A DNA stretch of 64,000 nt from Pseudomonadales bacterium (GTDB lineage: Bacteria > Pseudomonadota > Gammaproteobacteria > Pseudomonadales > Azotimanducaceae). The notes under the pieces were generated by a model. That model made no database searches. It saw only the letters and a list, made by a program, of their open reading frames with translations, and was not told the origin of the DNA. The stretch lies in contig OZ220737.1 of the NCBI GenBank assembly GCA_965116935.1, positions 1,011,686 to 1,075,685 on the forward strand, in the 5' to 3' direction. Each line of letters opens with the position of its first letter. Within the stretch, counting starts at the first letter, position 1. Of the stretch, positions 55,589 through 64,000 are shown one piece after another. Both the position numbers and the translations under genes were made by a program.

Positions 55589-55816
55589 GTGACGACCTCC
55601 ATCCAGCTAGATCCGGATGCGGAGCGACGGCTTGATTTCGTTGTCGCTCAATCCGGCAACAACAGGGAGCGCTGCCTCCTGGAGATCGTCGAACGCGGCC
55701 TCGACGATCTTGAGGATTACTACTTGGCGGCTGAAGTGTTGGAACGCATCCGCAGCGGCAAAGAAAAGATGCACTCTGCCGCCGAGGTGAGGGACGCGCT
55801 TGGCTTGGACGATTGA
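55589..55816 (+). CDS. relB: RelB/ParD-type ribbon-helix-helix antitoxin
   Basis: GTG start; 75 aa; LEDYYLAAEVLERI is typical of RelB-like antitoxins. Overlaps the toxin ORF. Confidence 0.7.
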   Translation: MTTSIQLDPDAERRLDFVVAQSGNNRERCLLEIVERGLDDLEDYYLAAEVLERIRSGKEKMHSAAEVRDALGLDD

Positions 55817-56066
55817 GTACGCCGACACCGCGAAGGCCCAGCTTGGTCGTCTCGACAGGCAGACGGCGCAGCGTATCCTGAACTACATGGACGATCGCGT
55901 CGCGGGACTTGAAAACCCGAGGGAACTGGGCCGAGCGCTCTCTGGTCCCATGGGCGGGCTCTGGCGTTACCGAGTTGGGGACTGCCGGGTTGTCTGTGCG
56001 ATCGAACAGTCCTAATTGCGGATATTGGTTGTACGCGTTGGTCGACGCGATCGAGTTTACCGTTGA
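55800..56066 (+). pseudogene. relE: RelE/ParE-family toxin interrupted by an in-frame TAA
   Basis: WTIEYADTAKAQLGRLD...LWRYRVGDCRVVCAIEQS, then TAA (56013-56015), then the same frame continues LRILVVRVGRRDRVYR and stops (TGA 56064-56066). That is the expected RelE C-terminus. Confidence 0.7.
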
Positions 56067-56258
56067 GTCCTTGTTTCGGGCCAGCGATTTGCAGGTTTTG
56101 ACGAAATACGCGCTCCCGCCGCACAGCGATTTCCTCCGCCAGGCCCGGCAGCCGAACGCCTACTGCGCCGGGCATTTCGTCGTTTCGGGGTGGGCGGCCC
56201 CAAGAGCTGTCCATGACCGTTTGTGTGTGGGAAAGGGGCGGTGAGGGTCTGGCCTTCG

Positions 56259-57485
56259 CTAAACGCCCAAGGACTCGGCGAAATGCCTGGCGCGTTCGGC
56301 CACATGGGTGGCGACGTGCGCAAATCGTGGTTCCCGGGCGGCGACCGAGGCGATGTTGCCGCGAATGGTGGCTACGAGTTTGCGAACGCTCTGAATCGCC
56401 AAGGGTCGAGCCAGGCCAGCGTCCTTTGCCATGCGTTCGAGGTCCGCGATCGAGACGCGCATCGAGTTGGTCTCGCGACCGATCCGCATCGCCATGCGCG
56501 TGCTCAGGTTCGGAAACATGGCGGTGCAAACCAGGTCATATAGCGGCGCAAAGCGCACCTGACCGCGCTCGCGCAACAGGGCGAAGTTTTTTCCGTGGGC
56601 GTCGTGATTGCCGATGATGAGGTTGAAAGTGACGGCATTGAGGAGCGCTGTCAGGTCCAAGACGGGCGCGCTCGATGCCTGGCGCAGCATCGCGAAGCAC
56701 TGCTTCAGGCCGGGGCCGCCATCGGCTTGATACTTGCTGTCGGTGCGAACGCCTAGCGCTTGGCAGAAGTCCTCCTGATGAATGCGCGTGACGCGGCCGT
56801 CTTGGGCCCGCGCGCGGTCGAACCGTTTGACGAGCAGATAGTCGATGCCGCCGGCGTTGCCAACGCGGCATTGTGCGGCCGGCAGCCCGGAGGCGGTGGC
56901 AAGCATCAGGCAGAACGCCTCGTTGAACACCAAGCCCTCGTAGCCGGCAATGGCGGGCTTGATGATGTGCGTGCTGGCGGCGGCATCGAGCGGAAGAAAG
57001 ATGTCGTCGCCTTCGAGCCGCACCGCGAGCTTGTCCTGCGCACCGGCGAGGGAAAGCCGCAAGCCGTCCGTTCCCACAAGCAGGGGACGCTGCGGAAGCT
57101 CGGCAAGCGCTCCTGCCAGATCCTGCTCGGAGAGTGGCAGCAGGCGCTCGCCTTGAGCGTCCGTCCCACCTGCCAGGCGAAGCGAGACTGCGCCAGCGCA
57201 CTCGACGCCAATGCGTTCGAGGAGTGCGAGGTCGTTGTGCTCGCTGATGTGAAAGAAACGAGCGATCAGGCGACGATTGTTCGCTTCGGGCACGAGGCCG
57301 CCAAAAAAGGGCTCGCATTCACGTTGCGAGAAGGGCTTCGCTCGCAGCGGTAGCGAGTGGGAAAGTGGCACGGCGTGGGCGCTGTCGAGCCAGGTCTCGA
57401 CATACTCAAACGCCATGCGGCCGTTGTCGCGCAGGATGAGTCGTCCGGTCAGGTCGCCGTGGAAGCAAACGTCGAGCGCTCGCAC
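56259..57485 (-). CDS. hipA: HipA-family Ser/Thr kinase toxin
   Basis: MRALDVCFHGDLTGRL (HipA N-terminal), LSLAGAQDKLAV, IIGNHDAHGKNFALL (catalytic loop). Confidence 0.9.
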   Translation of the reverse strand: MRALDVCFHGDLTGRLILRDNGRMAFEYVETWLDSAHAVPLSHSLPLRAKPFSQRECEPFFGGLVPEANNRRLIARFFHISEHNDLALLERIGVECAGAVSLRLAGGTDAQGERLLPLSEQDLAGALAELPQRPLLVGTDGLRLSLAGAQDKLAVRLEGDDIFLPLDAAASTHIIKPAIAGYEGLVFNEAFCLMLATASGLPAAQCRVGNAGGIDYLLVKRFDRARAQDGRVTRIHQEDFCQALGVRTDSKYQADGGPGLKQCFAMLRQASSAPVLDLTALLNAVTFNLIIGNHDAHGKNFALLRERGQVRFAPLYDLVCTAMFPNLSTRMAMRIGRETNSMRVSIADLERMAKDAGLARPLAIQSVRKLVATIRGNIASVAAREPRFAHVATHVAERARHFAESLGV

Positions 57486-57491
57486 AGTGGG

Positions 57492-57740
57492 TTAGGCGCC
57501 GTCGGGGATCGGGGGTGGATTGAGCACGACTTCCACGCCTAAGGCGTGCAGCACGGTGAGGGCTTTTTCGAGCTCGCAGGTGGGCTTGCCCTGTTCCAGC
57601 TCCACGACGAAGCGCAGCCCTGTGCCCGCGGTCATGGCCAGTTGGCGTTGCGTCACGCCAAGCCCGCGTCGCACCTCCCTGACGGCGTGACCGATCGATT
57701 GTGCCGATGCGGGCATGGCATCCTCTGAATGGCGAGACAT
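57492..57740 (-). CDS. hipB: HipB-like XRE-family HTH antitoxin
   Basis: VREVRRGLGVTQRQLAMTAGTGLRFVVELEQGKPTCELEKALTVLHALG. Lies 6 nt upstream of hipA. Confidence 0.85.
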   Translation of the reverse strand: MSRHSEDAMPASAQSIGHAVREVRRGLGVTQRQLAMTAGTGLRFVVELEQGKPTCELEKALTVLHALGVEVVLNPPPIPDGA

Positions 57741-57842
57741 GTCGGTTCCTGTACGGGAACATACTGTGTGGCGCATGGCGAAAGCAAGGGAAAAGTTGGT
57801 GGTGTCTCAATTTGACCTACCCAGCGTGGCGCGTCGTACTCT

Positions 57843-57954
57843 GGAGGGAGGGCGTCCCGCCCTCCATCGCGCCCGCAAGGGTGCGCATCCTGCTGGTGCG
57901 ACGAGGGGTCTGCGCGCCTTGCGGCGCGATGGAGGGCGGGACGCCCTCCCTCCA
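57843..57954. repeat. Inverted pair of REP-like palindromes (REPIN-like)
   Basis: ggagggagggcgtcccgccctccatcgcgc (57843-57872) and its inverse gcgcgatggagggcgggacgccctccctcc (57925-57954). Confidence 0.85.
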
Positions 57955-58181
57955 GAGCGGCGCCAGATGCCAGTCGAACACGATCGCCGGTTTCTAGCGC
58001 CCATCCGATACAGCCGGAAGGGTCAAAAGTGAGACACCACCGAAAAGTTCCCGTGCGGGAAGGGTGGCGAGGTTTGCCGTGGTTCGGCGGCTGACTATTC
58101 CCGTACGGGAAGCAGTCCTGCGGGCCTGCTTTGCGCACGATGCGGGGTATGGAGCGGCCTGCCGCGGGAAGTTGGCCGTGG

Positions 58182-58370
58182 TCAGAGGCCGCCCAGAACA
58201 AAGAAAACCAAAGCGAAGCAGATGGGGAGTAGGGCGGCTATGTAGGCGAAGACGTTGAGGATATCGTTTTGGGTGGCGTCGGGGTTGAGTTTCAGGCGGG
58301 CGCCGATGAGGAGCCATAGGCTGCCGCCCAGGATCACGGCGCTGCCAAGGGAGAGCACCAGCGCCGGCAT
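58182..58370 (-). CDS. Small (62 aa) two-helix membrane protein downstream of the carboxyltransferase gene
   Basis: MPALVLSLGSAVILGGSLWLLIG...FAYIAALLPICFALVFFVLGGL. The start is 2 nt after the upstream stop. Confidence 0.5.
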   Translation of the reverse strand: MPALVLSLGSAVILGGSLWLLIGARLKLNPDATQNDILNVFAYIAALLPICFALVFFVLGGL

Positions 58371-58372
58371 GG

Positions 58373-59929
58373 TCAGGGGCGCATCATGAAGGTGGTGGGG
58401 CCGGTGAGTTCCTCTAGTTGGGGCTGAATCCAGTCCACCCAGCGGCAGAGCATCGGGCGGGTCTCGCGCGGGTCGATGAGCTCGTGCACGGCGAAGGATT
58501 CGGCGCGCGGAAAGGGCGACCTTGCCTGTCGTAGTTGTTCCTCGATTTCGCGGCGTTTCTCGTCGGGGTTTTCCGCAGCCGCGATCTCCCGGTGGAACGC
58601 CACCGCGACTCCGCCCTCGAGCGGCAACGCGCCAGACTCCACCGAGGGCCAGGCGAGCACGTAGGCGTTGGGGCCGTAGTGGGCAGCGGTGGCGACGCCG
58701 AAGCCCTTGTGGATCTGGATCGAGGCCCACGGCACGGTTGCCTGCGCCGCCGCGCAGACCGCCGCCATGCCGTAGCGGATGGTGCCGTTGCGTTCCGCCT
58801 CGGGGCCGATCATGAAGCCCGGCTGATCGACGAAGTTGACGATGGGCAGGTGGAAGGTGTCGCACATCTCAACGAAGCGGCGGTATTTCTGCCCTGCCTC
58901 TGCAGTCATGGCGCCGGCATAGTGGCGGCAGTCGTTGGCGAGCACGCCCACCGGCTGGCCGTTCAGGCGCGCGAGCGCCGCCATCTGGCTCGGGCCGTAT
59001 TCGCGCCCCATCTCGAACACCGAGTCTTCGTCCATCACCATGCGGACGATCTCGCGCACGTCGAACGGCGCGTTGGAGTCGCGGGGAATGGCCGTGAGGA
59101 GCTCTTCCTCCATGCGCTCTGGATCGTCGGCGCAGTCGATGCGGGGCGCGCGCTGGTGGACGTTGGTGGGCAGGTAGCTCAGGAACTGTCGGGTCTGGCG
59201 GAAGGCGTCGTGTTCGTCTTCGGCGATGTTGTCGACGATGCCGCTCTTGCAGTGGATGTGGGCGCCGCCGAGTTCGTCCTTGGTGAGGCTCACCCCCAGC
59301 GCCCGTTCCACCAGTTTCGGGCCGCCGATCATCACTTGCGCCGTTTGCCGCGCCATGACGGCGAAGTGGGCGGCGACCATGCGTCCGGCGGGGAAGCCGG
59401 CCACGGCGCCACCGGCGGTGGAGACCACGGGAACCTGACCCATGGCGTCGGCAATGATGCGAAAGCGCGGGGCGCTGAATACGGGCTCGCCGACCGTGCC
59501 GCCCTTGCGTCCGCCGCCACCCTTGACGCTGCCGCCGCCGCCTTCGAGACAGCGCACCAGGGGCACCTTGAACTGCACCGCCATGTGTTCTGCATAAACG
59601 CTCTTGCGCAGGCCAGCGGCATTCGGCGAGCCGCCCTTCAGCGTGAAGTCCTCGCCGCCCACCACGACCCGGCGGCCGTCGATGCGGCCGAAGCCGACGA
59701 CGTAGTTGGCGGGCACGTAGCCCGTGAGATTGTCGGCCTCGTCGTAGTCTGGAATGGCGGTGGCGAGGCCCTGCTCCTGAAACGAACCCTCGTCCACGAG
59801 CGCCTCGATGCGCTCGCGGATCGTCAGCCGGCCGCTGGCGTGTTGGCGGGCAATGCCGTCCTTGCCACCCTGCACCTGCGCCAGCTTGCGGCGGCGCTCG
59901 ATTTCCTTGACTTCCGGTTCCCAACTCAT
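58373..59929 (-). CDS. Acyl-CoA carboxylase carboxyltransferase (beta) subunit
   Basis: 518 aa; RGKLTIRERI-like start (GRLTIRERIEALVDEGSF); GGSPNAAG and GGGARMQE-like regions; typical PccB/MccB architecture. Confidence 0.88.
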   Translation of the reverse strand: MSWEPEVKEIERRRKLAQVQGGKDGIARQHASGRLTIRERIEALVDEGSFQEQGLATAIPDYDEADNLTGYVPANYVVGFGRIDGRRVVVGGEDFTLKGGSPNAAGLRKSVYAEHMAVQFKVPLVRCLEGGGGSVKGGGGRKGGTVGEPVFSAPRFRIIADAMGQVPVVSTAGGAVAGFPAGRMVAAHFAVMARQTAQVMIGGPKLVERALGVSLTKDELGGAHIHCKSGIVDNIAEDEHDAFRQTRQFLSYLPTNVHQRAPRIDCADDPERMEEELLTAIPRDSNAPFDVREIVRMVMDEDSVFEMGREYGPSQMAALARLNGQPVGVLANDCRHYAGAMTAEAGQKYRRFVEMCDTFHLPIVNFVDQPGFMIGPEAERNGTIRYGMAAVCAAAQATVPWASIQIHKGFGVATAAHYGPNAYVLAWPSVESGALPLEGGVAVAFHREIAAAENPDEKRREIEEQLRQARSPFPRAESFAVHELIDPRETRPMLCRWVDWIQPQLEELTGPTTFMMRP

Positions 59930-59953
59930 CGCGACGCTCTTTGCCGTGATCTA

Positions 59954-60059
59954 GGAGCTTGCGCCGTCGGAATGGCGCGATAGCGTCATTCTACGGTGCA
60001 AGGTCATAGATAGGTGGGGGCTGGGGCCAGACGCCGAGCCAGCGAGGCGTATGGCGGCG
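59954..60059. repeat. Inverted copy of the 22632-22739 intergenic repeat
   Basis: Its reverse complement aligns over essentially the whole length. Confidence 0.75.
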
Positions 60060-60077
60060 CTGCCTGGCTTCGGCCCG

Positions 60078-60302
60078 TCAGGCGGTCTCGATGACCGCGA
60101 CCACCTGATCCTCCTCCACCGAGTCTTCCGGCGCCACCAAGAGTTCCGCCACCTTGCCGGCCTCTGGTGCCTCCACCGGGATTTCCATCTTCATGGACTC
60201 CAAAATGATGAGCACATCGCCTTCCTGCACCGCATCGCCAGCGGCAACCTCTACCTTCCAGACGTTGCCCGTGACCTCACTCTCGATCTGCACTCGCGCC
60301 AT
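60078..60302 (-). CDS. Biotin carboxyl carrier (biotinyl/lipoyl) domain protein
   Basis: 74 aa starting MARVQIESEVTGNVWKV, with the biotinylation motif LESMKME. Confidence 0.88.
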   Translation of the reverse strand: MARVQIESEVTGNVWKVEVAAGDAVQEGDVLIILESMKMEIPVEAPEAGKVAELLVAPEDSVEEDQVVAVIETA

Positions 60303-60381
60303 GAACCACCCCTTCCCGCAAGTTTCCTCATGCACACGCGCACGAGCGGGCGAAAGCCCTGCGCGTTTGTCGAACGCGCCT

Positions 60382-61815
60382 TTATAGCAGAAGCGGTGCG
60401 CTGGGCGGTGCCCCGGGCTTGAGGCGCGCTTCGAGCCAGCCGGTGTGCACCTTGCCGGCGAGAAAGTCGGGGTTGCGCAGGATGGCTTGCAGCAGGTCGC
60501 GGTTGGTGTCAACGCCGCGAATCTCGAATGCCTTGACGCCGACGAGCGTTCGGCCGATGGCGAGCTCGCGGGTGGGGCCGGTGCCGATCACCTTGGCGAG
60601 CAGGGGGTCGTAGTAGGGCGTCACCGCTTGGCCTTCGGCGTAGCCCGCTTCCACGCGAACGCCGGTGAGGCGGGGTGGCCGATAAGTGGAAAGCGTTCCC
60701 GTGGACGGCAACATGCGCCGCGAATCCTCGGCGTAGATGCGCGCCTGCACCGCAAAGCGGGCGGGCTCTTGCGCGCCCTTGCGGGCGCGTCGGGAGTTGC
60801 GCGGTAAAACGGCGCAGCCCTCTAGCGGGGCATGTTCTGGCGGCAGCAGCTCGTCCAATCGTTCCCCAGCGGCGAGGCGAATCTGCAACTGCACAAGATC
60901 AAGGCCCGTGACTTCCTCCGTCACGCCGTGCTCCACCTGAAGCCTCGTGTTGACCTCAAGAAACGCGAATCGCCTCTTGGCCAGCAGCGTTTCCACAGTC
61001 CCGAGGCTCGCGTAGCCCATGGCTTCGAGCGCGGCAACTGCACGCTCGCCGATGTCGGCAAGGTGGTCGGGTCGAACTCCGAGTGCCGGTGCTTCCTCGA
61101 TGACCTTCTGGTGACGCCGTTGCACCGAGCATTCGCGTTCGCCGACGCAGCGCACGCGCTCGCCGTCGCCGAGCATTTGCAGCTCGATGTGACGGGGGCT
61201 CGGCAGCAGCGCTTCGAGGTACACGGCGGCATCGCCGAACGCGCCTTGGGCGAGGGCCTTGGTGCCGGCGAAGGCGGCGGCAAGCTCGGCTTCGCTGCGG
61301 GCTACACGCATGCCGATGCCGCCCCCGCCCGCCGCCGGCTTCAGCATCACGGGCCAGCCAATGCGTCTCGCCGAGGCCGAGAGGGCGCGTTCGTCCTCGA
61401 TCAGTTCAGACCCCGGTGCGACCGGAAAGCCTGCTTGCTCCATGTGTCGGCGGGCACCTGTTTTCTCGCCGAATGCGCGGATCGCATCCGGCGGCGGACC
61501 GATGAAGACGATGCCGGCATCGGCAACGCAACCGGCGAAGTCGGGGTTCTCCGCGAGGAAGCCGTAACCAGGGTGCAAGGCGTCGGCACCTGCCGACTTC
61601 GCGGCGGCGATGACGCGCTCGATGTTGACGTAGGTGTCGGCTGCACGGTAACCGGGCAGGCGGGCGCTGGTGGTAGCTTCAGCGACGTGTGGCGCGTCGC
61701 GGTCGAGGTCGGAGTGGGCTGCCACGCTTTCGATGCCGAGCTCCGAACAGGCGCGCACGATGCGGCGGGCCACGACGCCGCGATTGGCGATGAAGACGCG
61801 CTTGAACATGCTCAA
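60382..61815 (-). CDS. Biotin carboxylase subunit
   Basis: MFKRVFIANRGVVARRIVRAC, HPGYGFLAEN, ATP-grasp GGGGIGMRV, EVNTRLQVEHGVTE. Confidence 0.9.
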   Translation of the reverse strand: MSMFKRVFIANRGVVARRIVRACSELGIESVAAHSDLDRDAPHVAEATTSARLPGYRAADTYVNIERVIAAAKSAGADALHPGYGFLAENPDFAGCVADAGIVFIGPPPDAIRAFGEKTGARRHMEQAGFPVAPGSELIEDERALSASARRIGWPVMLKPAAGGGGIGMRVARSEAELAAAFAGTKALAQGAFGDAAVYLEALLPSPRHIELQMLGDGERVRCVGERECSVQRRHQKVIEEAPALGVRPDHLADIGERAVAALEAMGYASLGTVETLLAKRRFAFLEVNTRLQVEHGVTEEVTGLDLVQLQIRLAAGERLDELLPPEHAPLEGCAVLPRNSRRARKGAQEPARFAVQARIYAEDSRRMLPSTGTLSTYRPPRLTGVRVEAGYAEGQAVTPYYDPLLAKVIGTGPTRELAIGRTLVGVKAFEIRGVDTNRDLLQAILRNPDFLAGKVHTGWLEARLKPGAPPSAPLLL

Positions 61816-62168
61816 TCCGCGCGCCCAGAGTGCGTGCGTGCGCTAGCTTGTTCCAGTTCGCGCCATGCTTCGGCGAAGCCGCCAAGGCCGCGCGCGCCGG
61901 TGCGTGGCGTCGTGATGCCCGCCGCCACCGCGCATTCGACGGCGCGACACACCGACCGGAGGTCCTCCGCGCAAAGCGTTACCTCGAACATGTCGGTATC
62001 AGAGCCTCCGCGGTGGTCTTTGGGCTTCGGCAACGGCTCGGCGAGCGTTGCCAGCAAGCGCTGCCGCAGGGGCGGTTCGAGCAGGGAAGCCGTTTCGACG
62101 AGCATCCAGCGCGAGAGCACGTTTGCGCGGTCGCAGAGTTCTTTGTAACTGGCCCAGTCAGCGGCCAT
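61812..62168 (-). CDS. Hypothetical 118-aa protein coupled to the biotin carboxylase gene
   Basis: Start at MAADWASYKEL. 4-nt overlap with the downstream start. No family recognised. Confidence 0.45.
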   Translation of the reverse strand: MAADWASYKELCDRANVLSRWMLVETASLLEPPLRQRLLATLAEPLPKPKDHRGGSDTDMFEVTLCAEDLRSVCRAVECAVAAGITTPRTGARGLGGFAEAWRELEQASARTHSGRAD

Positions 62169-62176
62169 CGCCAACC

Positions 62177-62300
62177 TTTGGAGGGAAGGCATTCTGCCTT
62201 CCCTGGCACGCCGACAGGCGTGCGCCCACCAACTCCGCGGAACGCTCGCAGAACGCGCCTGTCGGCGCGTAGGGAAGGCAGAATGCCTTCCCTCCAAAGG
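62177..62300. repeat. Nested palindromic REP-like element (same family as 36078-36187)
   Basis: tttggagggaaggcattctgccttccc ... gggaaggcagaatgccttccctccaaa, with an inner cgccgacaggcg/cgcctgtcggcg hairpin. Confidence 0.85.
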
Positions 62301-62331
62301 CCCCAAGTCCTGTGGTCAAGGCTACAGACCG

Positions 62332-63477
62332 CTAGTGGTGGAAAAGGCGCAGGCCCGTGTGCGCCATGGCGATGTCGTGGTCTTGGCAGGCTTCCTGCAC
62401 CTCCGCGTCGCGAGCCGAGCCGCCCGGCTGGGCGATGAAACGTACGCCGTGGCGAGCGGCGTGGTCCACGTTGTCGCGGAAGGGCAGGAAGCCATCGCTG
62501 GCAAGTGAGACGCCGTCGAGCTCCGCAAGCCACGCGCTGCGTTCCTCAGCAGTCAGCGGCTCGGCCGGACGGTCTAGCGCGGCGGCGAATGTCGCGTTTT
62601 CGTCGGGCGTCATGTCGTCGTCGATGAAGCGCACGCGCCAGTTGATGCGCTCCTGGCGCCGCACACCGCGCCGAAAGGCGAGGCCGAGTACCTTCGGATG
62701 CCTTCCCAAATGCCACGTGTCGGCCTTGGCGCCGGCCAGGCGCGTGCAGTCCACCCGCGACTGCTGCCCGGCGCCGATGCCGATCATCTGGCCGCCCAGC
62801 GCATAGCCCACCGAGTTCGACTGCGTGTACTTGAGCGTGATGAGCGCGAGCATCAGGTCGCACTTGGCTTCGCCGGTGAGTTCGCCGCACACCACATCGG
62901 CCAGATCGCGCACGCCGATCGGGCGGTTGTTGCGTTCCTGCGTCAGTGCCACGCCAAACACTTCCCGCGTTTCCCGCTCCGGTGGCGCATAGCTCGCGTT
63001 GGCCTCGATGACGAGGAAGGAGCCGCCCTTCTTGGCCGCGAGGGTTGCCAGCGCGCCTTGCTCGAAGCCGGGTGCAATCACGCCGTCGCTGACGACGCCC
63101 TTGAGGTAGTTGGCCGTGGCGTTGTCCACCGGATCCGAAAGCCCGACGAAGTCGCCAAAGGACGATTTCGGATCGGCGCCGCGGGCGCGCACGTAGGCGG
63201 TCGCCAGCGGAGAAAGCTCGCGCTCTCCCACCTCGTAGGCACGACGCAGATCGTCACCGAGCTCCACCGCCACCGCCGCTCCCGCCGGCGAGAGGTGCTT
63301 GAACGAGGCGGCGGCGGGCAGGTCCAGGGCAACGCGCAACTCGCGCACCAGTTGCCACGCGTTGAGCGCGTCGAGCATGTTGATCATGGACGGAGCACCG
63401 GCGAGCACGCGCACGGCATCCGTGGCGGCGAACGCGGCCTGGCCCTGATGCGGGTTGCAGCCGTAGCGGAGCTTCAC
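62332..63477 (-). CDS. Stand-alone AICAR transformylase-domain protein (PurH-like, no N-terminal MGS/IMP cyclohydrolase domain visible)
   Basis: VKLRYGCNPHQ ... SFKHLSPAGAAV ... FIAQPGGSARD. GTG 63477 (GAGGG 6 nt upstream) avoids overlap with purC. Met at 63531 is an alternative start. Confidence 0.75.
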   Translation of the reverse strand: MKLRYGCNPHQGQAAFAATDAVRVLAGAPSMINMLDALNAWQLVRELRVALDLPAAASFKHLSPAGAAVAVELGDDLRRAYEVGERELSPLATAYVRARGADPKSSFGDFVGLSDPVDNATANYLKGVVSDGVIAPGFEQGALATLAAKKGGSFLVIEANASYAPPERETREVFGVALTQERNNRPIGVRDLADVVCGELTGEAKCDLMLALITLKYTQSNSVGYALGGQMIGIGAGQQSRVDCTRLAGAKADTWHLGRHPKVLGLAFRRGVRRQERINWRVRFIDDDMTPDENATFAAALDRPAEPLTAEERSAWLAELDGVSLASDGFLPFRDNVDHAARHGVRFIAQPGGSARDAEVQEACQDHDIAMAHTGLRLFHH

Positions 63478-63493
63478 CTTGCCCTCTGCACAG

Positions 63494-63999
63494 TCAGCCG
63501 AGATCGAGCGCGTGCCCCGTGAGCCGTTCATAGGCTTCGAGATAGCGCGCCATGGTGTCTTCGAGCACCTGTGCCGGCAGTTCTGGGCCCGGCGGGGTCT
63601 TGTCCCAGCCGCCATCGGCAACCACGGTCTCCAGGTAGTTGCGCACGTATTGCTTGTCGAAGCTCGGCTGCTCGCCGCCCGGTGCCCACTCGTCGAGCGG
63701 CCAGAAGCGGGAGCTGTCCGGGGTGAAGATCTCGTCGATGAGCAGGGGCGCGTCGGCGCCGTCCACGGTGCCGAACTCGAACTTGGTGTCGGCCAGGATG
63801 ATGCCGCGCTCGAAGGCGTACTCGCGTGCTCGCGAGTACAGCGAAAGCGTCGTGTCGCCGAGCCAGCGCATGGTGTCGTCGCCGACGATGGCGGCGCCTT
63901 CCTCGAAGCTGATGTTCTCGTCGTGGCCCGTGTCTGCCTTGGTGGAGGGTGTGAAGATCGGCTCCTCGAGACGGTCGCCGTTGTCGAGGCTCTTCGGCA
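63494..63999 (-). CDS. purC: SAICAR synthetase (5' end outside the window)
   Basis: The open frame continues to the window edge: LEEPIFTPSTKADTGHDENISF ... LADTKFEFG ... DEIFTPDSSRFW ... DKQYVRNYLE. Confidence 0.88.
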   Translation of the reverse strand, partial: PKSLDNGDRLEEPIFTPSTKADTGHDENISFEEGAAIVGDDTMRWLGDTTLSLYSRAREYAFERGIILADTKFEFGTVDGADAPLLIDEIFTPDSSRFWPLDEWAPGGEQPSFDKQYVRNYLETVVADGGWDKTPPGPELPAQVLEDTMARYLEAYERLTGHALDLG

Positions 64000-64000
64000 G

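Noticed and set aside
58535-62148. + strand ORFs 58535..59983 (482 aa) and 60832..62148 (438 aa)
   Set aside because: They are antisense to the carboxyltransferase and biotin carboxylase genes, which carry clear family motifs.

Overview
GC-rich (about 65-70% by eye) bacterial chromosome segment, probably proteobacterial: RNase T sits with arg, trp and pur genes. Core metabolic genes (argF-argD, patB-like, grxD, rnt, argG, trpG-D-C, a biotin-dependent acyl-CoA carboxylase set, purC and a purH-like gene) are interrupted by four accessory blocks.

(1) 5.1-9.8 kb is a small defence-type island. It holds an intact ABC-type ATPase translationally coupled to a 156-aa protein with a D-x13-ExK (restriction-endonuclease-like) motif. 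It also holds an orphan HicB with a downstream unknown ORF, and a second AAA ATPase with a frameshifted DUF4276 partner.

(2) 15.3-21.2 kb is a decaying ~5.9 kb integrase island. It is bounded by an 11-bp direct repeat and sits inside a repeated intergenic element whose uninterrupted paralog lies 1.2 kb away.

(3) 36.2-50.6 kb is a complete type I-G/I-U-like CRISPR-Cas locus. The gene order is csb1/cas7, csb2, cas3 with a C-terminal HD domain, a 297-aa unknown, then separate cas4, cas1 and cas2, followed by about 55 repeats of 37 bp. No Csx17-sized large subunit is present. The locus is bracketed by two diverged direct copies of a ~170-190 nt non-coding element that keeps its helices through compensatory substitutions.

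(4) 50.6-58.2 kb is a toxin-antitoxin and mobile-remnant block. It contains two MITE copies and 115-bp direct repeats around an Uma2 endonuclease gene, an AlbA_2-like gene fragment, a Fic protein with Q in place of the catalytic H, RelB plus a nonsense-interrupted RelE, and HipBA.

Intergenic DNA is saturated with several families of GTAG-type and other GC-rich palindromic (REP-like) elements, including a 9-unit 63-bp tandem array. I found no rRNA or tRNA genes. All functional calls rest on motifs I recognise by eye in the translations. No database search was run.
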